Shown: positions 11,838 through 23,869 of the stretch, in pieces
Numbering within the stretch: the first letter of the stretch is position 1
How the letters are laid out: every line of letters begins with the position of its first letter
Assembly (NCBI RefSeq): GCF_036365525.1
Contig: NC_090411.1
Location: forward strand, 36,589,065-36,653,064
DNA length: 64,000 nucleotides
Source: Heterodontus francisci
Lineage: Eukaryota
Reading direction: 5' to 3'
Position numbers and translations under genes: made by a program
Notes under the pieces: generated by a model
Told to the model about the DNA's origin: nothing
What the model saw: only the letters and a program-made list of their open reading frames with translations
The model's database searches: none

Positions 11838-14800
11838 GAATTAGAATTAGAACATTACAGCACAGTACAGGCCCTTCGGCCCTCGATGTTGCGCCGACCT
11901 GTAAAACCATCTGACCTACACTATTCCATTTTCATCCATATGTCTATCCAATGACCACTTAAATGCCCTTAAAGTTGGCGAGTCTACGACTGTTGCAGGC
12001 AGGGCGTTCCATGCCCCTACTACTCTCTGAGTAAAGAAACTACCTCTAACATCTGTCCTATATCTATCACCCCTCAACTTAAAGCTATGTCCCCTCGTGT
12101 TTGCCATCACCATCTGAGGAAAAAGACTCTCACTATCCACCCTATCTAACCCTCTGATTATCTTATATGTCTCTATTAAGTCACCTCTCCTCCTCCTTCT
12201 CTCTAACGAAAACAACCTCAAGTCCCTCAGCCTTTCCTCATAAGACCTTCCCTCCATACCAGGCAACATCCTAGTAAATCTCCTCTGCACCCTTTCCAAA
12301 GCTTCCACATCCTTCCTATAATGCGGTGACCAGAACTGCACGCAATACTCCAGATGCAGCCGCACCAGAGTATTGTACAGCTGCAGCATGACCTCGTGGC
12401 TCCGAAACTCGATCCCCCTACTAATAAAAGCGGCACAGTGGCGCAGTGGTTAGCACCGCAGCCTCACAGCTCCAGGGACCCGGGTTCGATTCCGGGTACT
12501 GCCTGTGTGGAGTTTGCAAGTTCTCCCTGTGTCTGCGTGGGTTTTCTCCGGGTGCTCCAGTTTCCTCCCACAAGCCAAAAGACTTGCAGGTTGATAGGTT
12601 AATTGGCCATGATAAATTGTCACTAGTATAGGTAGGTGGTAGGGAAATATAGGGACAGGTGGGGATGTTTGGTTGGAATATGGGATTAGTGTAGGATTAG
12701 TATAAATGGGTGGTTGATGTTCGGCACAGACTCGGTGGGCCGAAGGGCCTGTTTCAGTGCTGTATCTCTAATCTAATCTAATCTAATCTAAAAACACCAT
12801 ATGCCTTCTTAACAGCCCTATTAACCTGGGTAGCAACTTTCAGGGATTTATGTACCTGGACACCAAGATCTCTCTGCTCATCTACACTGCCAAGAATCTT
12901 CCCATTAGCCCAGTACTCTGCATTCCTGTTACTCCTTCCAAAGTGAATCACCTCACACTTTTCCGCATTAAACTCCATTTGCCATCTCTCAGCCCAGCTC
13001 TGCAGCCGATCTATGTCCCTCTGTACCCTACAACATCCTTCGGCACTATCCACAACTCCACCGACCTTCGTGTCATCCGCAAATTTACTAACCCACCCTT
13101 CTACACCCTCTTCCAGGTCATTTATAAAAATGACAAACAGCAGTGGCCCCAAAACAGATCCTTGCGGTACACCACTAGTAACTAAACTCCAGGATGAACA
13201 TTTGCCATCAACCACCACCCTCTGTCTTCTTTCAGCTAGCCAATTTCTGATCCAAAGCTCTAAATCACCTTCAACCCCATACTTCCGCATTTTCTGCAAT
13301 AGCCTACCGTGGGGAACCTTATCAAACGCCTTACTGAAATCCATATACACCACATCCACTGCTTTACCCTCATCCACCTGTTTGGTCACCTTCTCGAAAA
13401 ACTCAATAAGGTTTGTGAGGCACGACCTAGCCTTCACAAAACCGTGCTGACTATCGCTAATGAACTTATTCTTTTCAAGATGATTATAAATCCTGTCTCT
13501 TATAACCTTTTGCAACATTTTACCCACAACCGAAGTAAGGCTCACAGGTCTATAATTACCAGGACTGTCTCCACTCCCCTTCTTGAACAAGGGGACAACA
13601 TTTGCTATCCTCCAGTCTTCCGGCACTATTCCTGTCGACAATGACGACATAAAGATCAAGGACAAAGGCTCTGCAATCTCCTCCCTGGCTTCCCAGAGAA
13701 TCCTAGGATAAATCCCATCTGGCCCAGGGGACTTATCTATTTTCACACTTTCCAAAATTGCTAACACCTCCTCCTTGTGAACCTCAATCCCATCTAGCCT
13801 AGTAGTCTGAATCTCAGTATTCTCGACAACATTTTCTTTCTCTACTGTAAATACTGACGAAAAATATTCATTTAACGCTTCCCCTATCTCCTCTGATTCC
13901 ACACACAACTTCCCACTACTATCCTTGATTGGCCCTAATCTAACTCTAGTCATTCTTTTATTCCTGATATACCTATAGAAAGCCTTAGGGTTTTCCTTGA
14001 TCCTATCCGCCAATGACTTCTCGTGTCCTCTCCTTGCTCTTCTTAGCTCTCCCTTTAGATCCTTCCTGGCTAGCTTGTAACTCTCAAGCGCCCTAACTGA
14101 GCCTTCACGTCTCATCCTAACATAAGCCTTCTTCTTCCTTTTGACAAGTGCTTCAACTTCTTTAGTAAACCACGGCTCCCTCGCTCGACAACTTCCTCCC
14201 TGCCTGACAGGTACATACTTATCAAGGACACGCAGTAGCTGCTCCTTGAATAAGCTCCACATTTCGATTGTGCCCATCCCCTGCAGTTTCCTTCCCCATC
14301 CTACGCATCCTAAATCTTGCCTAATCGCATCATAATTTCCTTTCCCCCAGCTATAATTCTTGCCCTGCGGTATATACCTGTCCCTGCCCATCGCTAAGGT
14401 AAACCTAACCGAATTGTGATCACTATCACCAAAGTGCTCACCTACATCTAAATCTAACACCTGGCCGGGTTCATTACCCAGTACCAAATCCAATGTGGCA
14501 TCGCCCCTGGTTGGCCTGTCTACATACTGTGTCAGAAAACCCTCCTGCACACACTGGACAAAAACTGACCCATCTAAAGTACTCGAACTATTGTATTTCC
14601 AGTCAATATTTGGAAAGTTAAAGTCCCCCATAACAACTACCCTGTTACTCTCACCCCTGTCGAGAATCATCTTCACTATCCTTTCCTCTACATCTCTGGA
14701 ACTATTCGGAGGTCTATAGAAGACTCCCAACAGGGTGACCTCTCCTCTCCTGTTTCTAACCTCGGCCCATACTACCTCAGTAGACGAGTCCTCAAATGTC

Positions 14801-15250
14801 CTTTCTGCCGCTGTAATACTCTCCTTGATTAACAATGCCACACCCCCTCCTCTTTTACCATCATCTCTGTTCTTACTGAAACATCTAAATCCCGGAACCT
14901 GCAACATCCATTCCTGCCCCTGCTCTACCCATTTCTCCGAAATGGTCACTACATCGAGATCCCAGGTACCAACCCATGCTGCAAGCTCACCCACCTTATT
15001 CCGGATGCTCCTGGCGTTGAAGTAGACACACTTTAAACCAAGTTCTTGCTTGCCAGTGCCCTCTTGCGTCTTTGTAACCTTATCCCTGACCTCACTACTC
15101 TCAACATCCTGTACACTGGAACTACAATTTAGGTTCCCATTCCACTGCTGAATTAGTTTAAACCCCCCGAAGAGCACTAGCAAATCTCCCCCCCAGGATA
15201 TTGGTACCCCTCTGGTTCAGGTGAAGACCATCCGTTCAGGTGAAGACCAT
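11838..15250 (-). mobile_element. Young CR1/HER1 LINE: end of ORF1 plus essentially complete ORF2, split by an HE1 SINE
   Basis: ORF1 tail DGLHLNQRGTNILGG (SGNH esterase-type motif); ORF 12778-15183 has APE (YFNARSI, GDFN, SDH) and RT (QHGF, DFSKAFD, FADD) and continues in 11916-12389; tail GGGCCGAAGGGCCTGTACTGTGCTGTAATG(TTCTAA)n; ATTGG on both flanks as a possible TSD. Confidence 0.95.
12429..12792 (+). mobile_element. HE1-type V-SINE inserted antisense into the CR1 ORF2
   Basis: A box TGGCGCAGTGG, B box GGTTCGATTCC, V core, tail ending in (CTAAT)n. Confidence 0.92.
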
Positions 15251-15277
15251 TGGGGCTTGACAGATGCTGTGAATTAC

Positions 15278-15433
15278 CTAAATCCCACGAGCTCGAAGCA
15301 GTGCTTTTCAAAATGTTTTGAGCAGAAGTAGACGAACTGTGAAGGTGGGTCCCAGGGAACTGTACCATCCGGATTCTTCCGGCAACAATTCAACAACCAG
15401 ATCTTGCGCTGATATCTCCCTTTCTTTGGCAAC
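15278..15433 (-). CDS. THAP7: THAP7-like coding exon 2 (THAP zinc-finger core)
   Basis: CTCAG|G acceptor and TTTAG|GTAATT donor; 156 bp; translates LPKKGRYQRKIWLLNCCRKNPDGTVPWDPPSQFVYFCSKHFEKHCFELVGFS (THAP W, CSKHF). Missed by the ORF track. Confidence 0.92.
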
Positions 15434-15619
15434 CTGAGCAAAAACAAGTCAATGAGAAGCAGCAGCTACAGTACAGTATTACTGGACATGGGGTATAGTA
15501 CCCTATAAATGTTGGGGTATAGTGTTAATGGCTGTGGGATGCTGCATCTAGGATTTGTTACAGTGCAGTGTTATGGAGTTCAGGTCATGTACCCTGGATG
15601 CTACCAGGTTAGGGTCATG

Positions 15620-17390
15620 TGTGGGGGGAGGGGTAGGGGCGGGCTGGGGGGGTGGGGTCGGTTGGGGGTGGGTGTGAGGGGTGAGTGTGGGATTGTGGTT
15701 GGGGGTCGGTGGGGTGTGGGTCTGGGTGTGGCTGGGTGGTGTCGTGGGGGTGGGGGGTTGGGGGGGTGTGGGTCTGGGGGGGGGTGTGGGTGTCGGGGGG
15801 GTGTGGGTGATTGGGGTTGGGTGTGGGGGGTGGGTCTGGGTGTGGGGGTGTCTGGGTGGTGTCGGGTTGGGGGGTTGGGGTTGGGTGTCGGGGGGGTGGG
15901 TCTGGGGGAGGGTGTCGGGGGGTGGGGGTGGGTGTCGGGGTGTGGGTCTGGGGGTGGGGGTGGGTGTCGGGGTGTGGGTCTGCGGGTGGGGGTGGGTTTC
16001 GGGGGGTGGGTCTGGGGTGGGTGTCAGGGGTGGGTGTCGGGGTGTCGGGGGTGGGTCTGGGGGTGGGTGTCGGTGGTGGGTCTGGGGGTGGGGGTGGGCA
16101 TCGGGGTGTCGGGGGTGGGTCTGGGGGTGGGGGTGGGTGTCGGAGGTGGGTGTCGGGGGTGGGTCTGGGGGTGGGTCTGGGGGTGGGGGTGGGTGTCGGG
16201 GGGTGGGTGTCGGGGGGTGGGGGTTGGTGTCGGGGGGGGTGGGTGTCGGGGGTGGGCGTCGGGGTGTCGGGTGGTGGGTCTGGGGGTGGGTGTCGGGGGG
16301 TGGGTCTGGGGGTGGGGGTTGGTGTCGGGGGGGGTGGGTGTCGGGTGGTGGGTCTGGGGGTGGGTGTCAGGGGGTGGGTCTGGGGGTGGGTGTCGGGGGG
16401 GGGGGTGTCGGGGGGTGGGTCTGGGGGTTGGTGTCGGGGGGGTGGGTGTCGGGGGGTGGGTGTCGGGGGGTGGGGGTGGGTGTCGGGGGGTGGGTTTCGG
16501 GGGGTGGGTCTGGGGGTGGGGGTGGGTGTCGGGGGGGTGGGTGTCGGGGGGTGGGTGTCGGGGGGTGGGTCTGGGTGTCGGGGGGTGGGTCTGGGGGTGG
16601 GTTTCGGGGGGTGGGTCTGGGGGGTGGGCGTCGGGGTGTCGGGGGTTGGTCTGGGGGTGGGTCTGGGGGTGGGGGTGGGTGTCGGGGGGTGGGGGTTGGT
16701 GTCGGGGGGGGTGGGTGTCGGGGGTGGGCGTCGGGGTGTCGGGTGGTGGGTCTGGGGGTGGGTGTTGGGGGGGGGTGTCGGGGGGTGGGTCTGGGGGGGG
16801 GTGTCGGGGGGTGGGTGTCGGGGGGTGGTGTCGGGGGGTGGGTGTCGGGGGGTGGGTCTGGGGGGGGTGTCGGGGGGGTGGGTCTGGGGGGGGTGTCGGG
16901 GGGGTGGGTCTGGGGGGGGGTGTCGGGGGGTGGGTGTCGGGGGGTGGGTGTCGGGGGGTGGGTCTGGGGGGGGGGTGGGTCTGGGGGGGGGGTGTCGGGG
17001 GGGTGGGTCTGGGGGGGGGTGTCGGGGGGTGGGTCTGGGGGGTGGGTGTCGGGGGGGGGTGTCGGGGGTTGGTCTGGGGGGGGGGTGGGTCTGGGGGGGG
17101 GTGTCGGGGGGTGGGTCTGGGGGGTGGGTGTCGGGGGGGTGGGTGTCGGGGGGGGGTGTCGGGGGGGGGTGTCGGGGGGGTGGGTCTGGGGGGTGGGTGT
17201 CGGGGGGGGGTGTCGGGGGTTGGTCTGGGGGGGGGGTGGGTCTGGGGGGGGGTGTCGGGGGGGTGGGTCTGGGGGGTGGGTGTCGGGGGGGGGTGTCGGG
17301 GGGGGGTGTCGGGGGTTGGTCTGGGGGGGGGTGGGTCTGGGGGTGGGTGTCGGGGGGTGGGTGTCGGGGGGTGGGTCTGGGGGGGGGGTT
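15620..17390 (+). repeat. G-rich tandem array (GGGGTGGGTGTC / GGGGTGGGTCT variants) in a THAP7-like intron
   Basis: About 1.8 kb of G-runs separated by T, TGTC or TCT; almost no A. Confidence 0.95.
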
Positions 17391-17397
17391 CACTGAC

Positions 17398-17477
17398 CTG
17401 TGGAAAGTGACTCCATTGATTCTTGAATCCTTGGTGTCTCTCGATCGGCAGCCCTCGGCCGAGCAATGTCGAGGCAT
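17398..17477 (-). CDS. THAP7: THAP7-like coding exon 1
   Basis: MPRHCSAEGCRSRDTKDSRINGVTFHR, close to human THAP7 [27 protein letters not shown]; donor CACAG|GTCAGT. An acceptor TCTCTTACAG|G at 17492 suggests a non-coding upstream exon. Confidence 0.92.
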
Positions 17478-17489
17478 CGCTCTGAGCCC

Positions 17490-18400
17490 GGCCTGTAAGA
17501 GAAAGGCCCAGTGTCAGACATTCCCTCAGCCTCCTTCAAACAGGCGCCGCGCACAAAATGACAACAACAGCAACCACACACACGCACGCGCATCTGTGCG
17601 TGCTCGCGCAGCAATCACTCACTGCGCGCGCCCGCGACAACTCCAGTCTACGCGCGCGTTCACGCGCTCTCGCCCCGCCCCCCCACTGCGCGCCCCCGCG
17701 CAATCGCCACTACACGCGCGTTCGCCCGCACCCCGCGCGCTCCCGCGTTTCCCCACTAACTGCGCGCCCCCGCTTCAACTCACACTGTCCAGTCCGACCT
17801 CACTAAAATGGCCGCCGCTTTAGCCTCCCTCTGACGTCATCACGCATTACCCAGAATGCATCACAACAGTTGGCGCTGGAACAGCTTGTCTATTCGAATT
17901 CAATCCGCTTCATTTTCGCAAAAGAGCCTTTGAACGGACCGCGGACTGGGATCCGCCCGCTCAGCGCTCACATGTCATTTTACTCTCAGGAAGCCGGGGC
18001 TCAGTGAGACTGACGCATGCGCATTGCGCCAGCAGTGGCGGCGCGCCATCCCTGCGTGATGACCTCACACGGCACGTGCTGCGCGATGACGCAGTGCCCG
18101 TGTTGCCCCGCCCCCGCCCGCCCGGCTGCGAGGCCGCCGCTCCCGGAGAGACAAGAGGTTAGTGGCGCCTGTGGGATCCGGCACCCCCGGCCCGCACACC
18201 GGCCATGTGTAGGCTGGCGCTACTGGCCGGACAGGCTTGGCGGACTGGACCGGGCTTCAGCGAGTGTCTGCGAGGCCGGATTTCCATTGGCAGAAAGAAA
18301 AAGCGGAGCCTCCGCTCAGGGGGTTAGGGGGTCAATGGCCCTAAGATATCCGGCTGCTGATTGGCTAACGGCAAGCACGTGATGTAATGGACCGCAACCT
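17490..18400. promoter_or_regulatory. CpG island / bidirectional promoter for THAP7-like (-) and ZBTB45 (+)
   Basis: CpG-dense; YY1-like AAAATGGCCGCC 17805-17816, CRE TGACGTCA 17832-17839, ZNF143/Staf-like TTACCCAGAATGCA 17847-17860, NRF1-like CGCATGCGCA 18014-18023, E-boxes at 18073 and 18376; candidate ZBTB45 non-coding exon donor GAG|GTTAGT at 18157. Confidence 0.75.
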
Positions 18401-18404
18401 CAGC

Positions 18405-20440
18405 CCCCAGCAGCCGCCAGCACACTCCAGCAGCCCCCTGTCACTCCAGCAGCCCCATGTCACCAGCAGCCGCCAGCACACTCCAGCAGCCCCCTGTCAC
18501 TCCAGCAGCCCCCTGTCACTACAGCAGCCCCCTGTCACCAGCAGCCGCCAGCACACTCCAGCAGCCCCCTGTCACTCCAGCAGCCCCCTGTCACTACAGC
18601 AGCCCCCTGTCACCAGCAGCCGCCAGCACACTCCAGCAGCCCCCTGTCACTCCAGCAGCCGCCAGCACACTCCAGCAGTCCCCTGTCACTCCAGCAGCCC
18701 CCTGTCACTCCAGCAGTCCCCTGCCACTCCAGCAGTCCCCTGTCACTCCAGCAGCCGCCAGCACACTCCAGCAGCCCCCTGTCACTCCAGCAGCCCCCTG
18801 TCACTCCAGCAGCCGCCAGCACACTCCAGCAGTCCCCTGCCACTCCAGGAGCCCCCTGTCACTCCAGCAACCGCCAGCACACTCCAGCAGCCCCCTGTCA
18901 CTCTAGCAGTCCCCTGCCACTCCAGCAGTCCCCTGCCACTCCAGCAGCCCCCTGTCACTCCAGCAGCCGCCAGCACACTCCAGCAGTCCCCTGCCACTCC
19001 AGCAGCCACGAGCACACTCCAGCAGCCCCCTGCCACTCCAGCAGCCGCCAGCACACTCCAGCAGCCCCCTGCCACTCCAGCAGCCGCCAGCACACTCCAG
19101 CAGCCCCCTGTCACTCCAGCAGCTGCCAGCACACTCCAGCAGCCCCCAGCACACTCCAGCAGCCGCCATCACACTCCAGCCCCCTGTTCCTCCAGCAGTC
19201 GCCAGCACACTCCAGCAGCCCCCCAGCACACTCCAGCAGCCGCCAGCACACTCCAGCAGCCCCCTGCCACTCCAGCAGCCGCCAGCCACCCCAGCAGCCG
19301 CCAGCCACTCCAGCAGTCCCCTGCCACTCCAGCAGCCGCCAGCACACTCCAGCAGCCCCCTGCCACTCCAGCAGCCCCCTGCCACTCCAGCAACCACCAG
19401 CACACTCCAGCAGCCACCAGCACACTCCAGCAGCCCCCTGCCACTCCAGCAGCCGCCAGCACACTCCAGCAGCCCCCTGCCACTCCAGCAGCCCCCTGTC
19501 ACTCCAGCAGCCGCCAGCCACCCCAGCAGCCGCCAGCCACTCCAGCAGTCCCCTGCCACTCCAGCAGCCGCCAGCACACTCCAGCAGCCCCCTGTCACTC
19601 CAGCAGTCGCCAGCACACTCCAGCAGCCGCCAACCACCAGCAGCCCCCCAGCACACACCAGCAGCCCCCTGCCACCCCAGCAGCCGCCAGCCACTCCAGC
19701 AGTCCCCTGCCACTTCAGCAGCTGCCAGCACACTCCAGCAGCCCCCTGCCACTCCAGCAGCTGCCACCCCAGCAGCTGCCAGCCACTCCAGCAGCCCCCT
19801 GCCACCCTAGCAGCTGCCAACCACTCCAGCAGCTGCCAGCAGCCCCCTGCCACCAGCCACTGCAGCAGTCCGCTGCCACTCCAGCAACCGCCAGCACACT
19901 CCAGCAGCCCCCTGCCAGTCCAGCAGCTGCCAACCACTCCAGCAGCCCCCTGCCACCCCAGCAGCCGCCAGCCACTCCAGCAGTCCGCTGCCGCTCCAGC
20001 AGCCGCCAGCCATTCCAGCAGCCCCCTGCCACCGCAGCAGCCGCCAGCCACTCCAGCAGCCCCCTGCCACCCCAGCAGCCGCCAGCCACCCCAGCAGCCT
20101 CCAGCCACTCCAGCAGCCGCCAGCCACCCCAGCAGCCTCCTGCCACCCCAGCACAACCCAGCAGTCTCCTGCCACCCCAGCAGCCCCCTGCCACCCCAGC
20201 CGCCCCCACCTCCCCAGCAGTTCCAGCCCATCCCAGCAGCCCCCACCTCCCCAGCAGTTCCAGCCCATCCCAGCAGCCCCCACCTCCCCAGCAGTTCCAG
20301 CCCATCCCAGCAGCTCCCTGCCTCCCCAGCAGATCCAGCCCATCCCAACAGATCCAGCCCATCTCAGCGGCTCCCTGCTTCCCCAGCAGCTCCCTCCCAA
20401 CCCAGCAACTCCATCCCAGTCCAAGAACTCCCTGCCATTC
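18405..20440 (+). repeat. CAG-rich minisatellite (CACTCCAGCAGCCCCCTGC / CACTCCAGCAGCCGCCAGCA units, about 19-20 bp)
   Basis: About 2 kb of reiterated CCAGCAGC cores; a degenerate continuation lies at 23029-23335. Confidence 0.95.
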
Positions 20441-23028
20441 AGAAAGGAGGGGGAGTGGCAATTCTGGTCAAGGAAACTATTACAGCTGTGAGGAGGGATG
20501 GTATGTTGGAAGGCTCATCAAATGAGGCCAAATGCATTGAGCTAAGGAACAAAAGAGGGGCAGTCACACTGCTGGGAGTGTACTGTAGACCCCCAAACAG
20601 TCAGAGGGAGATAGAAGAACAGATATGTAGGCAAATCTCTTGAGAAGTGCAAGAACAATAGGACAGTAATAGTAGGGAATTTTAATTACCTCAATATTAA
20701 CTGGGATAGTTTTAGTGTGAAAGGAATTGAGGGAACAGAATTCTTGAGGTACATTCAGGAGAACTTTTTTGCCCAGAATGTAGCAAGTCCAACAAGAGAG
20801 GGCGCAGTTTTAGATTTAGTTTTAGGAAATGAAGATGGGCAGGTGGAAGGAATGGCAGTGGGAGAGCATTTTGGTGGTAGTGATCGTAATTCAGTCAGTT
20901 TTAACATAATTATGGAAAAGGACAGAGTTAGAACAGGAGTTAGAGTTCTCAATTGGGGCAAGGCCAATTTTACTAAACTGAGGAGTGATTTAGCGAAAGT
21001 GGACTGGAAACAGCTACTTGAAGGTAAATCAGTGTCAGGGCAATGGGAGGCATTCAAAGGGGAGATTCAAGGGGTTCAGAGTAAACATGGTCCCACAGAG
21101 AAAAAGGGTGAGATGTCCAAATCTGGAGCCCCATGGATATCAAGGAGCTTACAGGGTAAGATAAGGCAGAAAAGGAAAACTTATATCCGACACCGAGAAA
21201 TCAGTATACAGAAAGCAGAGAGGAGTATAGAAAGTGGAAGGGTGAAATCAAAAAGGAAATTAGAAGAGCAAAGAGAGGGCATGAAAGAATATTGGCAAGC
21301 AAAAATCAAGGCGAACGCAAAGATGTTTTATCAATACATTAAGAGTAAGAGGATAACTAAGGAGAGAGTAGGGCCCATAAAAGACTGAAAAGGTAACCAA
21401 TGTGTAAGGGTGGAAGATGTTGGTATGGTTCTTAATGAATACTTTGCGTCTGTCTTCACAAAAGAGGGGGACGATGCAGATATTGTAGTTAAGGAGGAAC
21501 AGTGTGAAGTATTGGATGTGATAAACAGAGAGAGAGGAAGTGTTAATGCGATTAGCATCCTTGAAAGTTGATAATTCACCAGGGCCTGATGAAATATACC
21601 GTAGGCTGTTAAAATAAGCAAGAGAGGAAATTACAGAAGCTCTGACCATCATTTTCCAGTCCTCACTGGATACAGGTGTGGTGCCAGAGGATTGGAGAAC
21701 TGCTAACGTTGTACCTCTGTTTAAAAAGGGAGCGAAGGATAGACCGAATAATTACAGGCCAGTCAGTCTAACCTCGGTATTGGGCAAATGATTGGAATCT
21801 ATTCTGAGAGACAGGATAAACGGTCACTTAAAAAGGCACAGGTTAATCAAGGATAGTCAGCATGGATTTGTTACGGGAAGATCTTGTTTGACCAACTTGA
21901 TTGAATTTTTTGAAGTCGTAACAAGGAGGATAGATGAGGGTAGTGCAGTTGATGTGGTCTACATGGATTTTAGCAAGGCTTTTGACAAGGTCTCACATGG
22001 CAGACTGGTTAAAAAAATAAAATCCCAAGGGATCCAGGGAAATGCAGCAAGGTGGATACAAAATTGGCTCAGTGGCAGGAAACAAAGGGTAATTATTGAT
22101 GGGTGTTTTAGCGACTGGAGGGCTGTGTTCAGTGGCGTTCCGCAGGGCTCAGTACTGGGTCCCCTGTTTTTTGTGGTGTATATTAACGATTTGGACATAA
22201 ATGTAGGAGCATGATCAAGAGGTTTGCAGACATTACAAAGATTGGTCGTGTGGTAGATAGCGAGGAGGATAGCTGTAGGCTGCAGGAAGATATTGATGGT
22301 CTGGTCAGATGGGCAGAAAAGTGTAGAGGAAGTAAGGGACCTTGGAGTGAATGTCCACAGATCCCTGAAGGTAGCAGGACAAGTCGATAAGGTGGTTAAG
22401 AAGGCATATGGAATCCTTTCCTGTAGTAGCCGAGGTATAGAATATAAGAGCAGGGAGGTTATGCTGGAACTGTATAACTCATTGGTTAGGCCACGACTTG
22501 AGTACTGTGTGCAGTTCTGGTCACCTCATTACAGAAAGGATGTAATTGCACTAGAGAGGGTACAGAGGAGATTTGAGGATGTTGCCAGGACTGGAAAAAT
22601 GCAGCTATGAGGAAAGGTTGGATAGGCTGGAGTTGTTCTCCTTGGAGCAGAGAAGGCTGAGGGGAGATCTGACTGAAATGTGCAAAATTTTGAGGGGCCT
22701 GGATAGAGTGGAGGTGAAGGGTCTATTCACCTTAGCAGAGAGGTCAGTGACGAGGGGGCATAGATGTAAAGTGACTGGTAGAAAAATTAGAGGGGAGATG
22801 AGGAAAAAGTTTTTCCCCCAGAGGGTGGTGGGGGTCTGGAACTCACTCCTGAAAGGGTAGTTGAGGCAGAGACCCTCAACTCATTCAAAAGGTGTCTGGA
22901 TATGCACCTCAAGTGCCGTAATCTGCAGGGCTACGGACCAAATGCTGGAAGGTGGGATTAGAATTTGGGCCGACGTGGACACTGTGGGCCAAGTGGCCTC
23001 TTCCTGCGCTTTAAACTTTCTATGATTC
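20441..23028 (+). mobile_element. CR1 LINE (APE plus RT, internally deleted) inserted in the CAG array
   Basis: [49 protein letters not shown]; tail TGGCCTCTTCCTGCGCTTTAAACTTTCTATGATTC. Confidence 0.92.
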
Positions 23029-23335
23029 CAGCAGCTCCCTGCCATCCCAGCAACTCCTCTCATCCCAGTAGCTCCAGCCCATCTCAGTAAAACTCCCTCC
23101 CAGCCCATCAAAATTTCCTGCCATCCCAGCAGCTCCCTGCCATCTCAGTAGCTCCAGCCCATCCCAGCAGCTCCCTCCCATCCAGCAGCTCCATCTCAGC
23201 AACTCCCTCTGATCCCAGCAACTCCTTCTGATCCCAATAGCTCTCTGCCATCCTAGCAGCCCAGCCCATCCCAGCAATTCCCTCCCATCGCAGAAGCTCC
23301 ATCCCAGCAGCTCCCTCCAAGCTCAGCAGCTGCAA
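23029..23335 (+). repeat. Degenerate remainder of the CAG-rich array
   Basis: CCCAGCAGCTCCCTGCCATC units matching the array end at 20200-20440. Confidence 0.8.
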
Positions 23336-23869
23336 CCCTGTAGCTCTTTCTGAGCCTGAGTATGCGAGGTTGGTGGAGGCTAGTTTTCATGCACTTCAGT
23401 CAGCTATTTCATCATGGAAGGCACATACCAGAGTCAGTCCAATTCCCATCTCTCATTTGCCAGCACTTTCCGGTCAGAGTCCCACCAATGCCAACAAGAG
23501 CCAGTGCACTGGCTGATTACTCCCACCCCCCTATTCCTGATGCTTATCCCAGGGATGATGAGGCCAGTTTTAGAATTCTTATTGCCATCTCGGCATTGAG
23601 CAAGGATTACACATGGAGCTTGCTGCTCGCTTTGCCTTAGTTTGATCTTTTTAAATGGCAGGTTAGTCAGAGTCATTGGGTGCATCTCATTTCATCAGTT
23701 TGGCATCGTGAGTGATGGGGAATGTAAATACTTTTTTAACATTTTGCTTACCTGACTCAGTCAAAATAGGTTGAATAATAATAGAGCTGGGGGTAGAGTT
23801 ACAGTTTTGTGGGTGAGGACAAAAATAAAATCAAGGCCTACACCCCATTGCACTACTGAGAGAGCACTG

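Noticed and set aside
12429-12500. tRNA-like sequences at the HE1 copies
   Set aside because: These are SINE heads followed by V core and LINE tail, not tRNA genes.
15509-17823. Gly- or Pro-rich ORFs of 480-670 aa, including one starting with the THAP N-terminus
   Set aside because: Translation of an A-free G-rich intronic repeat; the real exon ends at the canonical donor at 17397.
18387-20525. 712-aa Gln/Pro/Ser-rich ORF with an ATG near the promoter
   Set aside because: Entirely minisatellite running into a CR1, and other frames are similarly open; no protein-family signature.
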